NCBI GenBank assembly: GCA_036505535.1
Contig: DASXTI010000179.1
Span: forward strand, 4,688-68,687
Reading direction: 5' to 3'
DNA length: 64,000 nt
DNA from: Thermoanaerobaculia bacterium
Lineage (GTDB): Bacteria > Acidobacteriota > Thermoanaerobaculia > UBA5066 > Gp7-AA6
Position 1 is the first letter of the stretch. Every line of letters begins with the position of its first letter. The notes under the pieces are model-generated. The model did not search any database, was not told where the DNA came from, and worked only from the letters and a program-made list of their open reading frames with translations. Below, piece by piece: positions 9,386 through 18,550 of the stretch. The translations under genes and the position numbers were made by a program.

Positions 9386-10480
9386 GTGCTTCCGGTCTGG
9401 CTGGATGCGTTGCTCCTTCTCCTCGCCGTCGGCGCGAGCATTCGCGCCTGGCGGTTGCAGGGTCGCGCGCGCGCGCTGGCCGCCCGCCTCCAGACCCGAG
9501 AGCGCGAGAGCCACTTCCTCGGCGAATCGCCCGATCCGGAGCAGATCCTCCGGCATGCATACCGCGCGGCCTCGGACATTCTTCCGCTGTCGGCATTCGA
9601 TCTCTACCGGGTCGACCAGGAGCAGCGAATCTACGAGGTCTGGACTCTTTCGGGGGGCAGCGCGGAGGATCTGCATCCCGTACGCGATCCCGCGCATGCA
9701 TATCTGGGAGAGCTCATCGACTCCCGCGCTCTATTGCGGTTTGCCGCCACGGAGACGGACCGCTCCTTTGCGCCGAGCGAATTGCTCGCGGGCAACCCTC
9801 CCACGGAGCGGCTGCACCTGCCGCTCTATTCCGGCGATGCCTTAGTCGCATACCTCATGCTGGTGTCGCCAGAGCCGATCGACGAGCATCACAAGGCCGA
9901 GATTCGGGCGTTGCTGGCGCCCCTGACCTCCTCCCTGCATGCGTCGCGCAACTGGGAGATCGCGGTCACCGACGAGCTCTCGGGCCTCTTCTCGCGGCGC
10001 TACTTCGAGACACGCCTTTCCGAGGAATGGGCCCGGTACCTCCGCTACGGGGCCGCCGTGTCGGTCGGCCTCTTCGACCTCGATAACTTCAAGAAGCTCA
10101 ATGACACCCTCGGCCACGGGGCCGGAGACACGGCGATTCGACGATTCGGAGAGATCCTGCGTGCGGCCCTCCGCTCAAGCGACATTGCCTGCCGCTATGG
10201 GGGCGAAGAGTTTGCCGTGCTCTTCCCGGAGACCGCCGCCCGCTCCGCTCTGGCGGTCGCCGACCGCGTCCGCTGCTCGATCGAGCGGGAGCCCTTCGCG
10301 ACGGAGGGACGACCGTTTCGGGTCACCGTCTCCGCCGGGGTGGCCGACACGACGGGCCTTGGCGCGAAAGACCGGCAGCAACTTCTGTTTCGTGCGGACA
10401 AGGCGCTCTACGGCGCCAAAGACACCGGCCGGAACCGGGCCAGGCTCTGGTCGGAAAAAGCGCCCATCCGGCGCTTCTAG
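9386..10480 (+). CDS. Diguanylate cyclase (N-terminal TM segment, sensor region, GGDEF domain)
   Basis: ORF 9386..10480 (GTG start). Active-site GGEEF with an RSSD (RxxD I-site) five residues upstream. Motifs DLDNFKKLNDTLGH and DKALYGAKDTGRN. Confidence 0.85.
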   Translation: MLPVWLDALLLLLAVGASIRAWRLQGRARALAARLQTRERESHFLGESPDPEQILRHAYRAASDILPLSAFDLYRVDQEQRIYEVWTLSGGSAEDLHPVRDPAHAYLGELIDSRALLRFAATETDRSFAPSELLAGNPPTERLHLPLYSGDALVAYLMLVSPEPIDEHHKAEIRALLAPLTSSLHASRNWEIAVTDELSGLFSRRYFETRLSEEWARYLRYGAAVSVGLFDLDNFKKLNDTLGHGAGDTAIRRFGEILRAALRSSDIACRYGGEEFAVLFPETAARSALAVADRVRCSIEREPFATEGRPFRVTVSAGVADTTGLGAKDRQQLLFRADKALYGAKDTGRNRARLWSEKAPIRRF

Positions 10481-10511
10481 TGCAAGCCGACCAGCAAAAC
10501 CCGGACGCGTC

Positions 10512-10712
10512 TTACTGTAGCGCGCGACGGAGCCCGCGCAGAAGACGCTCGAGAACGGCGGGCAAGCGCAGGCGCAGGCGGGGCGTAACGAGGCTGGCAA
10601 TCGCGTCCGCGTGATCGCGCGTCCAAGAAGTATCTTCGGGTTGGAGGCCGAGCTCCCCCAGAATTCGACCGTTCTCCTGCGCCAGGCGCCGCAGAGGGTC
10701 GTCGGCGCTCAA
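10512..10712 (-). CDS. Hypothetical small protein (66 aa), possibly translationally coupled to the glycosyltransferase
   Basis: C-terminal part of the otherwise Arg-rich ORF 10512..11585. From TTG 10712 it reads MSADDPLRRLAQENGRILGELGLQPEDTSWTRDHADAIASLVTPRLRLRLPAVLERLLRGLRRALQ. The TTG overlaps the GT stop (TTGA). No homology recognised. Confidence 0.3.
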   Translation of the reverse strand: MSADDPLRRLAQENGRILGELGLQPEDTSWTRDHADAIASLVTPRLRLRLPAVLERLLRGLRRALQ

Positions 10713-11761
10713 GAGAGCCCCGCCCCCGAGAGCAACGCCGCGATGGGCTCGTCCCACGTCAAGGCGGCCGCCCGCCGGCGGCCGGCCTCGCCCATGGCCT
10801 GGAGCGTTTCGATCCTCGGCCACGCCAGGCGCAAGGCCGCTCCCAGAGCCTCGGGCCGCGGAGCCACGACGAGGCCCGTTTCGCCGTCGCGCACGAACTC
10901 GAGCGGGCCGCCCGCGTCTTCGGTCGTCAAGACCGGCTTGCCCGACAGGAACGCCTCGAGCGGCACGTAGCCGAGGTCTTCCCCCGCGGCCGTCACGGCC
11001 ACGATCCGCGCGTTTTCGTAGAGACCGAGCAAAGTCGCGTCGTCGACCGCCTCGATCCAGCGTACCCGCTCCTGCAGACCGAGATCGCGGGCGAGACGCT
11101 TGAGCCGTTCCTCCTCCGGCCCGCGGCCGACGAAGATCGCTCGGGCCTCTGGGGCGTGCGGCAGGGCCTCCAACAACAGGGCGGGGCGCTTCCATTCGTC
11201 GAGCCGTCCGACCCAGAGCACCGAGTCGCCGAAAGGGCCGCTGCGGTACTGTCCGACGAGCGGCGGAGGATGATAGAGCGGCGCGCAGCGGATTCCGTTG
11301 TATCGGTAGAGTCGGGAGGCGACCGTCTGCGAGTTTGCGAACACGCGGCGCGCCTCGGAGAGCCCCACCCGGTCGATCCTCGCGATGACTTCGCGAGTGC
11401 GCCGGTCCTCGGGAGAGGAAGTGAAGTCGCTGTAGAGGGTACCGAGCTGGTCGTAAACCTGGCGGTACTGGTGGATCAGCCAGACGACTTTGTTGGGGTG
11501 CCGGATCGCGTAGCTCGGGAATCGGGTCGCGATGACCGCGTCGACGCGGAAGGCTCCGACCTCCGTCAAGTCGAGGCTCCGCCACGCCAATGCGCCGCGG
11601 ATCAGATCGAAGCGCTCCCGTTCGGCCAGCGGCATCGTCACGAGATCCGCCTCGACCCCTCTCTTGCGGAGCTCTTCGGTCAGTCGGCGGACATGTCGTT
11701 CCGCACCCCCATCGGAGAACGGGGTCTGCACGCCGAGAACCAAGATCCGGTGGGATTTCAA
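10709..11761 (-). CDS. Glycosyltransferase family 4 (GT-B, GT1-type)
   Basis: ORF 10709..12061 trimmed. Homology starts at KSHRILVLGVQTPFSDGGAERHV and includes EDLGYVPLEAFLSGKPV (E-x7-E region). The only start compatible with the upstream gene is TTG 11761, which overlaps its TGA. Confidence 0.8.
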   Translation of the reverse strand: MKSHRILVLGVQTPFSDGGAERHVRRLTEELRKRGVEADLVTMPLAERERFDLIRGALAWRSLDLTEVGAFRVDAVIATRFPSYAIRHPNKVVWLIHQYRQVYDQLGTLYSDFTSSPEDRRTREVIARIDRVGLSEARRVFANSQTVASRLYRYNGIRCAPLYHPPPLVGQYRSGPFGDSVLWVGRLDEWKRPALLLEALPHAPEARAIFVGRGPEEERLKRLARDLGLQERVRWIEAVDDATLLGLYENARIVAVTAAGEDLGYVPLEAFLSGKPVLTTEDAGGPLEFVRDGETGLVVAPRPEALGAALRLAWPRIETLQAMGEAGRRRAAALTWDEPIAALLSGAGLS

Positions 11762-12837
11762 GTCGCGCGGCCGATCAACGCATAGTCCTGGGGCGCGAAG
11801 AGGAGGGCGTTCAACTTCCGCTCGTTCTCCGATCTTTCGTCGAGCCGCTCCGAAGGGGGAAGCGGCGAGCGAAATTCGATGCGGACGTCCGTGAAGCCGG
11901 CCGCTTCTGCGAAAAAGCGCAGTGTCTCGGAGGGCACGGGCCGGAAGTGTGTCGGATCGAGGTAAAACGCCCGCATCGCCGAGATCGAGTCGGAGTTGAT
12001 CGTCTCGGCGATCACGACTCCCCCGGGGGCCAGCACACGCCTGGCCTCCTGGAGGAAGCAAAAGATCTCCACCGGAGTCCAGTGCTCGATGACCTGAAAG
12101 CAGACGACCCCGCCGAGTCGGCCCGGCGGGCGCCGGGTCAGAAGCTCGAGCGCCTCCCCCCGCTCGACGTCGAGTCCTGCTCGACGACAGGCCTCGACGC
12201 TAATCGGGTTGGACTCGATGCCGCTCGCGGCGATGCCCTCGGTTTTCAGGAGCCGGAGAAATTCTCCCCGGCCGCAGCCGACGTCCACGATGGGACCCGG
12301 TAAGTCTCGCAGGAAGTCGACGTAGAAGCGTTGTCCTTTCGCTATCTCTGCCGGACTGCCCCGGAACCGCTCCTCGAAGAGAGCATAGATGCCGGGCGGA
12401 ATCGCCGCTGCAGGGGACGCCGCCGCGGAGGGAAGTGATACCCCCGCCGGTGACCCGGTCTCCGCCAGAGTGAGCCGCGCTTCCTGGACGCCGGCCCGCC
12501 GCTTCAACTCCTCGACGCCTCGCTCCGTATCGGCGCGAAGCCGATCCAAGCCATCGGCGAGGCTCGAGGAGGCGGCAAGCGATAAGGCGTTGAACGACGA
12601 TTGATTCCTCCAGAGAAACCGCAACGCCCGGATCGCCAGACGCTTGACGCGCGCCAGCGGCGCCCCGGATGGTACCGATGGCGTCAGGACGTCCGCCCCC
12701 CGGCGAAGCGAACCACGCGCCTCCGCGGTGGCCGGCTCCCCGCCCTCCGCCGGCCCAACAGGAGCCGCCGCGGTTTCGGCGATCGCCGAGCGGATCTCCT
12801 CCGCGAGGATTTTCTTCCGGTCGTTTGCATGCTCCAT
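11758..12837 (-). CDS. Class I SAM-dependent methyltransferase with an N-terminal coiled-coil-like region
   Basis: ORF 11758..12939 trimmed to ATG 12837 (MEHANDRKK...). SAM motif I IVDVGCGRGEF and LAPGGVVIAE. Upstream of GT4. Confidence 0.8.
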   Translation of the reverse strand: MEHANDRKKILAEEIRSAIAETAAAPVGPAEGGEPATAEARGSLRRGADVLTPSVPSGAPLARVKRLAIRALRFLWRNQSSFNALSLAASSSLADGLDRLRADTERGVEELKRRAGVQEARLTLAETGSPAGVSLPSAAASPAAAIPPGIYALFEERFRGSPAEIAKGQRFYVDFLRDLPGPIVDVGCGRGEFLRLLKTEGIAASGIESNPISVEACRRAGLDVERGEALELLTRRPPGRLGGVVCFQVIEHWTPVEIFCFLQEARRVLAPGGVVIAETINSDSISAMRAFYLDPTHFRPVPSETLRFFAEAAGFTDVRIEFRSPLPPSERLDERSENERKLNALLFAPQDYALIGRAT

Positions 12838-12918
12838 CGCGAATCTCGAGCGAGGATAAAGGCGGCCCGAGAGCGTTGCAACCCAAAGCGCCGTCACGAA
12901 CGGACGCCGAGAGCAGGC

Positions 12919-12927
12919 TGCTAGAAT
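12919..12927 (+). promoter_or_regulatory. Extended -10 box TGcTAGAAT
   Basis: Read directly. Ends 10 nt before ATG 12938, with no SD in between. Confidence 0.45.
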
Positions 12928-12937
12928 CCCGCGCCCC

Positions 12938-14008
12938 ATGAGGTATCTGCTGCTGCTCTCGGCCGCCGCGCTGGCATTTCTCTCCGCCGCCGCGCAGAAC
13001 GCTCCCGTACCGGCACCGGCCGTGCCCGATGCCGCCCTGCTCTATCCCGGGGAGGAGAACTTTCTCGCCCACGTCCGCCAGCTGACCTTCGGCGGACAGA
13101 ACGCCGAGGCGTACTGGTCGGCGGACGGTTCGCGGCTGATCTTTCAAAGCGACGAAGGCAGGCTCCCCTGCGATCAGATCTTCGTCATGAAGGCGGACGG
13201 TTCCGCGCGGCAGCGTATTTCCAACGGGCAGGGCAAGGCGACCTGCTCCTACTTCTTCCCGTCGGGCGATCGCGTGCTCTACTCATCCACCTTCCGTCGC
13301 GGCCCCGAATGTCCGCCCCGGCCCGACCGGTCTTCCGGCTATGTCTGGGCGCTCGACGATTACGACATCTACACCGCGAAGCCCGACGGGAGTGACATTC
13401 GCCCCCTCTTCTTCTCGCCGGCCTACGACGCCGAGGCGACCGTGTCTGCCGACGCAAGGAAGATCGTCTTCACCTCCGCGCGCGATGGAGACCTCGAGAT
13501 CTATTCGATGAACGCCGATGGGTCGAACGTCAAACGGTTGACGCACACGCCGGGTTACGACGGCGGGCCATTTTTCTCCGACGACGGGAAGAAGATCGTC
13601 TATCGGGCCGACCACCCGGAGAAGCCCGAAGACCTGGCGCGCTACCGGGAGAATCTCGCCCGACATACGTACGCGCCGCGGTCGCTCGAGATCCGCGTCA
13701 TGGATGCCGACGGCTCGAACGACCATGCGGTGACGTCGAATGGCGCCGCGAATTTCGCCCCCTTTTTCTTCCCCGGAGGTACCGAGATCATCTTTTCCTC
13801 CAACCTCGCCGACCCGAAAGGACGGGACTTCGACCTCTACAAGATTCGCGGGGACGGAACCCGGTTGACGCGCATCACCTACAGTCCCGCCTTCGACGGG
13901 TTCCCGATGTTCACGCGCGACGGCGGGCGGCTCGTTTTCGCGTCGAATCGCAATGGGAAGGAGCCGCACGAAACCAACATCTTCGTGGCGGATTGGATCG
14001 AGCGCTGA
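12938..14008 (+). CDS. Secreted TolB-like beta-propeller protein (WD40-like/PD40 repeats)
   Basis: ORF 12938..14008. Signal peptide MRYLLLLSAAALAFLSAAAQ. Repeated motifs such as IVFTSARDGDLEIYSMNADGSNVKRLT and LVFASNRNG. Confidence 0.8.
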   Translation: MRYLLLLSAAALAFLSAAAQNAPVPAPAVPDAALLYPGEENFLAHVRQLTFGGQNAEAYWSADGSRLIFQSDEGRLPCDQIFVMKADGSARQRISNGQGKATCSYFFPSGDRVLYSSTFRRGPECPPRPDRSSGYVWALDDYDIYTAKPDGSDIRPLFFSPAYDAEATVSADARKIVFTSARDGDLEIYSMNADGSNVKRLTHTPGYDGGPFFSDDGKKIVYRADHPEKPEDLARYRENLARHTYAPRSLEIRVMDADGSNDHAVTSNGAANFAPFFFPGGTEIIFSSNLADPKGRDFDLYKIRGDGTRLTRITYSPAFDGFPMFTRDGGRLVFASNRNGKEPHETNIFVADWIER

Positions 14009-14034
14009 GCCCGCGGGGCGCAAGAAGCCCGGCC

Positions 14035-15102
14035 CTAAGGACGAGGATGGGGCGTCTCCTCGGCGAACTGGATCAGGGCCAGCACCAGGGCAAGGATGAC
14101 CGGGCCGAGGAAGAGGCCAATCATGCCGAAAGCGGCAAGGCCTCCGAGCACGCCGAAGAACACCGTCAGCGTGCCCAGCGCGGCGCGGCCCGAGACGAGA
14201 AGCGGTCGAACGAAGTTGTCCACCATCCCGACGACGAGCGCCCCCCACGCCGCCATGAAGATGGCCCTTCCGGACGCCCCCTGCGACAGCAGATAGAGCG
14301 CCGCGGGACCCCAGACGAAGGCCGTGCCCCCGACCGGAATGAACGAGGCAATCGCGGCGAGCGCGCCGAACACCACGGGGGAAGGCAGTCTCGTGACTGC
14401 GAACGCTAGGCCGACGGTGATCCCCTGGAGGATCGCGGTCGCCACGCTGCCGAAGACGACCGCACGTGTCACGTCTCCAAGCCGCTTGCCGAGCCGATCC
14501 TTTCGGCCCGGGTCCATCGGCACGAGCGCCTTCAGGCGCCGGGCCATCGCGTCGCCGTCGCGAAAGAAGAAGAACAGGAGGAAGAGCATCAGGATCAAGT
14601 TGCCGACGAAGCCGAGCGCTCCGAGGAGCACGTCCCGCGTGTGCGTGAGCAAGAACTGCACGATGTTCTGCGCCGCATGGACGGCCCAGTCCTGGACCTC
14701 GGCGGCATCGACCGCGAAATGCTTCTGGAGCCACTCCATGGCGGGGCCGATCAACGGTAATCGCTGAATATCCTGGACGCCCCCGACCTGGTACGCGGAT
14801 GCCCTCTGCGCGAGCGCACGCCCCAGGTCGACGGCCTGCCTGGCGAAAGCCACGGCTCCGATGGTCGCAGGCGCGACGATCCCGAGCGTCACCGCGAGGG
14901 TGAGCAGGATCGCGGCCACGCCCTTTCGGCCGCGGACGGCCTTCCGGAGCCGATCGTTGACGGGATACAGGAGGAACGCGATCAGAAACGCCCAGAGAAT
15001 CGGCCCGACGAAGGGTTGAAAGATGCGAAACAGCAGGTAGCCGAGCAGGGCGACGATCGCGAGGTTGAATACCCGCGCGGCGATGCGGTTCTCCTGTGCC
15101 AC
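14035..15102 (-). CDS. AI-2E family transporter (PerM/UPF0118)
   Basis: ORF 14035..15102. Polytopic membrane protein with family-typical segments (ILWAFLIAFLLYP, FIPVGGTAFVWGP, MVDNFVRPLL). Confidence 0.85.
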   Translation of the reverse strand: MAQENRIAARVFNLAIVALLGYLLFRIFQPFVGPILWAFLIAFLLYPVNDRLRKAVRGRKGVAAILLTLAVTLGIVAPATIGAVAFARQAVDLGRALAQRASAYQVGGVQDIQRLPLIGPAMEWLQKHFAVDAAEVQDWAVHAAQNIVQFLLTHTRDVLLGALGFVGNLILMLFLLFFFFRDGDAMARRLKALVPMDPGRKDRLGKRLGDVTRAVVFGSVATAILQGITVGLAFAVTRLPSPVVFGALAAIASFIPVGGTAFVWGPAALYLLSQGASGRAIFMAAWGALVVGMVDNFVRPLLVSGRAALGTLTVFFGVLGGLAAFGMIGLFLGPVILALVLALIQFAEETPHPRP

Positions 15103-15118
15103 GAAAGCCTCGCGGCGG

Positions 15119-15127
15119 ATGCTAGCA
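15119..15127 (-). promoter_or_regulatory. Extended -10 box TGcTAGCAT (minus strand) upstream of the AI-2E transporter gene
   Basis: Plus-strand ATGCTAGCA at 15119-15127. 16 nt upstream of GTG 15102. Confidence 0.4.
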
Positions 15128-15172
15128 GGTTGTCCTAAAGCGAGTGTGACCCACAGCCATCTTTCAGCCGCC

Positions 15173-15181
15173 TGCTAACAT
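15173..15181 (+). promoter_or_regulatory. Extended -10 box TGcTAACAT upstream of queG
   Basis: Read directly. Ends 7 nt before GTG 15189, with no SD. Confidence 0.45.
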
Positions 15182-15188
15182 CGACGTC

Positions 15189-16241
15189 GTGGGCGCGGTC
15201 CCGGATCGTCTCTTTGCGGCGCGAGTCTTCCGCGAGGAAGCGGAGAACGAGGGATTCACCCGCTTCGGCGTCGCGCGCGCCGGAGAAGCGCCGCGGTACG
15301 ACCGGTTCGCGAACTGGATCGCGGAGGGCCGCCACGCCGGCATGCGCTATCTCCAGGCCACGCAGCAAGTGCGGAGAACGCCCGACGCGCTCCTGCGAGG
15401 CGCCCGATCCGTCGTCTGTCTGGCCGCACCGTACTCGGCAGCGCCGTACGTGGCCTCGGACGGGGCGCGCTTTGCGCGTTACGCGCGTGGCACGGACTAT
15501 CACGGCACGCTCCGCAGGCGAGCCCTTCGCGCCGCCGAACGGACGTGGGAGCGGCTCGGCGGGGGATGGGGGTACCGCGTCTGCGTCGACTCGACGCCCC
15601 TCGCGGAGCGCTCCTTTGCGGCCGCGGCGGGCGTCGGATGGATTGGAAAGAACGGGTGCCTGATCGATCCTGTGCAAGGCTCCTATCTTCTTCTCGCCGA
15701 GATCCTCACGGATCTCGATCTACCGGAAGACGAGCCGATCGCCGAGCGGTGCGGCGCCTGTGTACTCTGCCTCGAGGCCTGCCCCACCGAGGCTTTTCTG
15801 TCGCCCGGACTTCTCGACTCGGCACGATGCCTCGCCTACTGGACGATCGAGCATCGAGGGGTGATCCCCGATCCATGGAAGAACGCGCTCGACGACTCGG
15901 TCTTCGGCTGCGACATCTGTCAGGAGGTCTGTCCCTGGAACGCTTCCCTGCCGGCCGTCGCGGCCCAGTCCTCGCAGGCGTTGCCCATGCCTAACGCTTT
16001 GCCGCCCACGCGGGCCGAGATTCTCGCGATGGGCGGAGGGGAGTGGCGCCGCCGCTTCGGAAACACCGCCGTCAATCGAGCCGGCCGTCGCGGGCTGCAG
16101 CGCAACGCCGCCGCATCGGCGGGAGCCCGGAGGGATGCCGCCTGCCTCCCCGTCTTGCAGAATGCTCGCGGCGTTGGCGAGGCGGGCCTGGCGGACGCGG
16201 CGGGTTGGGCCACGGCCCGCCTGCAGACTCTTCCCCTGTAA
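15189..16241 (+). CDS. queG: tRNA epoxyqueuosine(34) reductase
   Basis: ORF 15189..16241. Two 4Fe-4S ferredoxin motifs (CGACVLCLEACP, CDICQEVCPWN), a HEAT-like C-terminus and the family N-terminal domain. Confidence 0.88.
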   Translation: MGAVPDRLFAARVFREEAENEGFTRFGVARAGEAPRYDRFANWIAEGRHAGMRYLQATQQVRRTPDALLRGARSVVCLAAPYSAAPYVASDGARFARYARGTDYHGTLRRRALRAAERTWERLGGGWGYRVCVDSTPLAERSFAAAAGVGWIGKNGCLIDPVQGSYLLLAEILTDLDLPEDEPIAERCGACVLCLEACPTEAFLSPGLLDSARCLAYWTIEHRGVIPDPWKNALDDSVFGCDICQEVCPWNASLPAVAAQSSQALPMPNALPPTRAEILAMGGGEWRRRFGNTAVNRAGRRGLQRNAAASAGARRDAACLPVLQNARGVGEAGLADAAGWATARLQTLPL

Positions 16242-16274
16242 ACTCTCGCTCCGGATTCGAAAGGAAGTCTCCGT

Positions 16275-17549
16275 ATGGATCCCCAAATGCTCCTCTATAT
16301 CTTCGCCTTCCTGCTCTCGCTTGCTTTCTCGGGCTTCTTCGCGGGCTCCGAGACGGCCCTCGTATCGCTCGGCCGGATCGAGCTCCAGCGGATGCGCGAA
16401 AAGGGGGACCGGCGCGGCGCACTGATCCGCATGCTGCGTGCGCATACATCGCGACTCCTCGCGGTCATCCTGATCGGCCAGAACCTATTCATGTCCGCGG
16501 CCTCCGCCTCCGCGACGAACCTGGCCACGGGCTGGTTCGGCCAGAAGTCAGGCTTCTTCGTGGCGGTTCTCTTCTCCACGATCACGCTGTTCGTCTTCGC
16601 CGAGATGATGCCGAAGTCCATCGGAGCCGCGTCTCCGGCCGCGGTCTCGCGGGCCGTCGTGATTCCGTTGTCCTGGATCATGAAGGTCCTCTCTCCCGTC
16701 GCCGAGGTCTGCGTGCGGTTGACCAGCCGCGTCCTCCGCGCCTTCGGCGTGCCCGAGGTGAGGCCGGCGTTGACCGAAGAGGAGTTAAAGAGCGTCTTCA
16801 ATCTGGGCGCGGACGAAGGGGTGATCCACCGCGAGGAGAGACAGCTCCTCCACAAGGTTCTCGAGTTCGGAGACAAGACCGTTCGGGACATCATGGTCCC
16901 GCGCACCAAGATTGTGGCCCTTCCCGAGACGGCGAGCTTCGCCGACGTGCGGGCGCTCCTTCACGAGCACAAGCTCTCCCGCCTCCCCGTTTACCGTGGC
17001 ACGCTGGACAACGTCGTGGGAGTTCTTCACGCCAAGGACCTGTTTGACCTCTCCGACGCGGAGGAGCAGGCCTTCGAGCTCGGCAAGTACTGTGATCCGC
17101 CCTTCCTGGTTCCGGAGTTCAAGCGCGCCGAAGATCTCTTCCGCGAGATGCGCCGCCGCCGGACGCACATGACGATCGTCGTGGACGAGCATGGAGGGAC
17201 GGCCGGCCTCGTGACGATCGAGGACGTCATCGAGGAGCTTCTGGGCCAGATCCAGGACGAGTACGACGAGGAGATGCCGGGCTTCGAGCCGGCCGGCGAG
17301 CGCGCCTACATGCTCGACGGCAGCTTTCGGTTGGACGACCTCGAGGAGCAGTTCGGGTTCCATCTGCCGCGGGACGAAGCCGAGACGATCGCGGGACATC
17401 TCATGCTCCGGTTCGGTCGGATTCCGCGCAAGGGAGAACGCTGGAAGGGACGCTTCGCCGACTTCGTGATCGAGGAAGCCACGCCGACCGCCATCAAGAG
17501 AGTGAAGATGACGCTGCCCGTGGCTTCCGAAAAGAGAGAGACCCCCTGA
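16275..17549 (+). CDS. Hemolysin-family/CNNM transporter (DUF21 membrane domain, CBS pair, CorC_HlyC domain)
   Basis: ORF 16275..17549. GSETALVSL, the CBS region (VRDIMVPRTKIVAL...), and HMTIVVDEHGGTAGLVTIEDVIEELLG. Confidence 0.88.
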   Translation: MDPQMLLYIFAFLLSLAFSGFFAGSETALVSLGRIELQRMREKGDRRGALIRMLRAHTSRLLAVILIGQNLFMSAASASATNLATGWFGQKSGFFVAVLFSTITLFVFAEMMPKSIGAASPAAVSRAVVIPLSWIMKVLSPVAEVCVRLTSRVLRAFGVPEVRPALTEEELKSVFNLGADEGVIHREERQLLHKVLEFGDKTVRDIMVPRTKIVALPETASFADVRALLHEHKLSRLPVYRGTLDNVVGVLHAKDLFDLSDAEEQAFELGKYCDPPFLVPEFKRAEDLFREMRRRRTHMTIVVDEHGGTAGLVTIEDVIEELLGQIQDEYDEEMPGFEPAGERAYMLDGSFRLDDLEEQFGFHLPRDEAETIAGHLMLRFGRIPRKGERWKGRFADFVIEEATPTAIKRVKMTLPVASEKRETP

Positions 17550-18550
17550 GCGGGGAGCGCCGCGTCACGCTGATCCGCGGCGATGGAATCGGACCGGAAG
17601 TCGCCGACGCCGTTCTCACGATCTTGGAGTCGGCGGGCGCACCTCTCTCCTTCGAGGAAGTCGTCGTCGGGCAGGAGGCCGAGAAGACCGAGGGAAATCC
17701 CTTGCCTGCGCGGGCGCTCGATTCGATCCGGAACAACCGCGTCGCCCTGAAGGGTCCCGTCGGAACGCCGGTCGGAAAGGGATTCTCCTCCGTCAACGTC
17801 CGGCTGCGTCAGACGCTCGAGCTCTACGCCAATCTCCGGCCCGTCAAGAACCTGCCGGCCGTCGACAGCCGATTCCAAAATGTGGACCTCGTCGTCGTGC
17901 GGGAGAACACCGAGGATCTTTACAGCGGCCTCGAACACATCGTGGTGCCCGGAGTCGTCGAGTCATTGAAGATCATCACGGCGAAGGCCTCGACCCGCAT
18001 CGCGCGGTACGCCTTCGACTATGCGCGAAAAAATGGCCGGCGCCGCGTCACGGCGGTCCACAAGGCAAACATCATGAAGCTCTCCGACGGTCTGTTCCTC
18101 GACTGCTTTCGCCAGGTGGCCGAGGATTACCCGGACATCACCGCCGACGATCGAATCGTGGACGCGGCCTGTATGCGCCTGGTCATGAGCCCCGACGCCT
18201 TCGACGTCCTCCTCCTGGAGAACCTCTATGGCGACATCGTGTCCGATCTGGCGGCCGGGTTAGTGGGCGGGCTCGGGCTCGTTCCGGGCGCCAACCTCGG
18301 GTCGGACGCGGCGATCTTCGAGGCCGTTCATGGAACCGCTCCCGACATCGCGGGACAGGATCGCGCCAACCCGACGGCGCTGCTGATGTCCGCGATCCTC
18401 ATGCTGCGTCACCTCGACCTCCCCGAGCACGCCGACTCGGTCGAGAAGGCGTTGCTCTCGACCCTTCGGGCGGGCATCAAGACCCCCGATATTGGCGGAA
18501 CGGCGGGCACGCGGGAGTTCGCGAGAGCGGTGGCGGAGAGGCTGAGATGA
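17546..18550 (+). CDS. Isocitrate/isopropylmalate dehydrogenase family protein, most like NAD-dependent isocitrate dehydrogenase
   Basis: ORF 17624..18550, plus upstream in-frame homology (RRVTLIRGDGIGPEVADAVLTIL) that has no ATG/GTG/TTG. The only plausible start is CTG 17546, which overlaps the upstream TGA. Motifs RENTEDLYSG and NLYGDIVSDLAAGLVGGLG. Confidence 0.85.
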   Translation: MSGERRVTLIRGDGIGPEVADAVLTILESAGAPLSFEEVVVGQEAEKTEGNPLPARALDSIRNNRVALKGPVGTPVGKGFSSVNVRLRQTLELYANLRPVKNLPAVDSRFQNVDLVVVRENTEDLYSGLEHIVVPGVVESLKIITAKASTRIARYAFDYARKNGRRRVTAVHKANIMKLSDGLFLDCFRQVAEDYPDITADDRIVDAACMRLVMSPDAFDVLLLENLYGDIVSDLAAGLVGGLGLVPGANLGSDAAIFEAVHGTAPDIAGQDRANPTALLMSAILMLRHLDLPEHADSVEKALLSTLRAGIKTPDIGGTAGTREFARAVAERLR

